Position numbers and translations under genes: made by a program
Notes under the pieces: model-generated
What the model was told of the DNA's origin: nothing
The model's input: the letters and a program-made list of their open reading frames with translations, nothing else
The model's database searches: none
Source of the DNA: Planktothrix sp. GU0601_MAG3
GTDB lineage: Bacteria; Cyanobacteriota; Cyanobacteriia; Cyanobacteriales; Microcoleaceae
Direction of reading: 5' to 3'
DNA length: 64,000 nucleotides
Assembly (NCBI GenBank): GCA_035193785.1
Contig: CP136572.1
Span: forward strand, 3,732,578 to 3,796,577
Part shown: positions 63,136 through 64,000 of the stretch, one piece after another
How the letters are laid out: each line of letters begins with the position of its first letter
Numbering within the stretch: the first letter of the stretch is position 1

Positions 63136-64000
63136 ATGTTTGAATACTTCTCGGATAAGGCAATTAAGGCGGTGATGTTAGCTCAGGAAGAAGCCCGACG
63201 CCTGGGACATAACTTTGTAGGCACAGAACAAATTCTTGTGGGCTTGATCAGTGAAGGAACCAGTGTCGCCGCCAAGACATTGAAGGCACAAGGGTTAAGC
63301 CTGCGGGAAGTCCAAAAAGAAGTCGAGGCAATTATCGGTCGCGGGTCGGGTTTCCTCCCGGTGGAAATTCCCTTTACTCCCAGGGCTAAACGCATTTTTG
63401 AAACCGCGATGAAAGAAGCGCGACAAATGGGCAATAACTATATCGGCCCCGAACATATTTTACTGGGATTACTCCAAGACAACGAAGGAGTAGCATCAAA
63501 AGTCCTAGAAAATCTCGGAGTTGACCGTTCTCAAGTGCGGACTGAGGTGATTCGAGCCCTGGGAGAAGAAGCCACCGTCGCCCCAGGAGGAGGTAGTCGC
63601 AGCAAGTCCAACAAAACCGCTACCCTCGATGAATTTGGCACAAACCTCACCCAACTGGCCGCCGAGGGCAAACTTGACCCAATGATCGGTCGCCAACGGG
63701 AAATTGAGCGGGTAATTCAAATTCTGGGACGACGCACGAAAAATAACCCCGTGTTGGTGGGGGAAACCTGGCGTGGGAAAAACCGCCATTGCCGAAGGTT
63801 TAGCCCAACGCATTGTCAATAACGATGTTCCCGATGTCCTGGAAAACAAACAGGTGATCAGCTTGAGCATGGGAACTTTAATTGCGGGAACTCGTTTTCG
63901 CGGGGAATTTGAAGAGCGCCTAAAAACCATTGTCGAAGAAATTCGTACCGCCGGAAATATCATTTTAGTCATTGATGAAATTCATACCATCGTGGGTGCG
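63136..64000 (+). CDS. clpC: ClpC-family AAA+ ATPase, 5' part (apparent +1 error at ~63765)
   Basis: Clp-N repeats ([16 protein letters not shown]), [37 protein letters not shown]. Confidence 0.9.

Overview
Core-genome window from a filamentous Oscillatoriales-type cyanobacterium, probably Planktothrix (inferred from abundant HIP1 GCGATCGC, heptamer STRR runs and gene content). It carries class I nrdA, usp, hisD, rpsT-tatD-rpoB-rpoC1-rpoC2, sdhA, pheT, prlC, ATP synthase beta/epsilon, murF, minCDE, map, rpe, an LCP gene and a clpC-like gene. Accessory genes are interspersed: two TA modules, an RTX/PPC/calpain-like protease, two wHTH regulators, kinases and Uma2. Several families of short palindromic repeats are present. 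Main observations: (1) rpoC2 contains an in-frame, compositionally foreign 245-codon insertion in the SI3 region, made of an extra SBHM-like module wrapped around a ~190-aa hydrophobic helical domain. (2) All 23 frameshifts I could resolve, many in essential genes, can be explained by extra A/T at GAAC/GTTC. This systematic read-error pattern matches the known Dnd phosphorothioate motif and suggests the DNA was modified. (3) An ORF-less IS200/IS605-derived element retaining a TnpB omegaRNA-like right end lies between minC and minD. (4) A REP-like palindromic element is translated in-frame inside pheT. Frameshifted genes are called as CDS rather than pseudogenes. All functional calls come from sequence recognition, not database searches.
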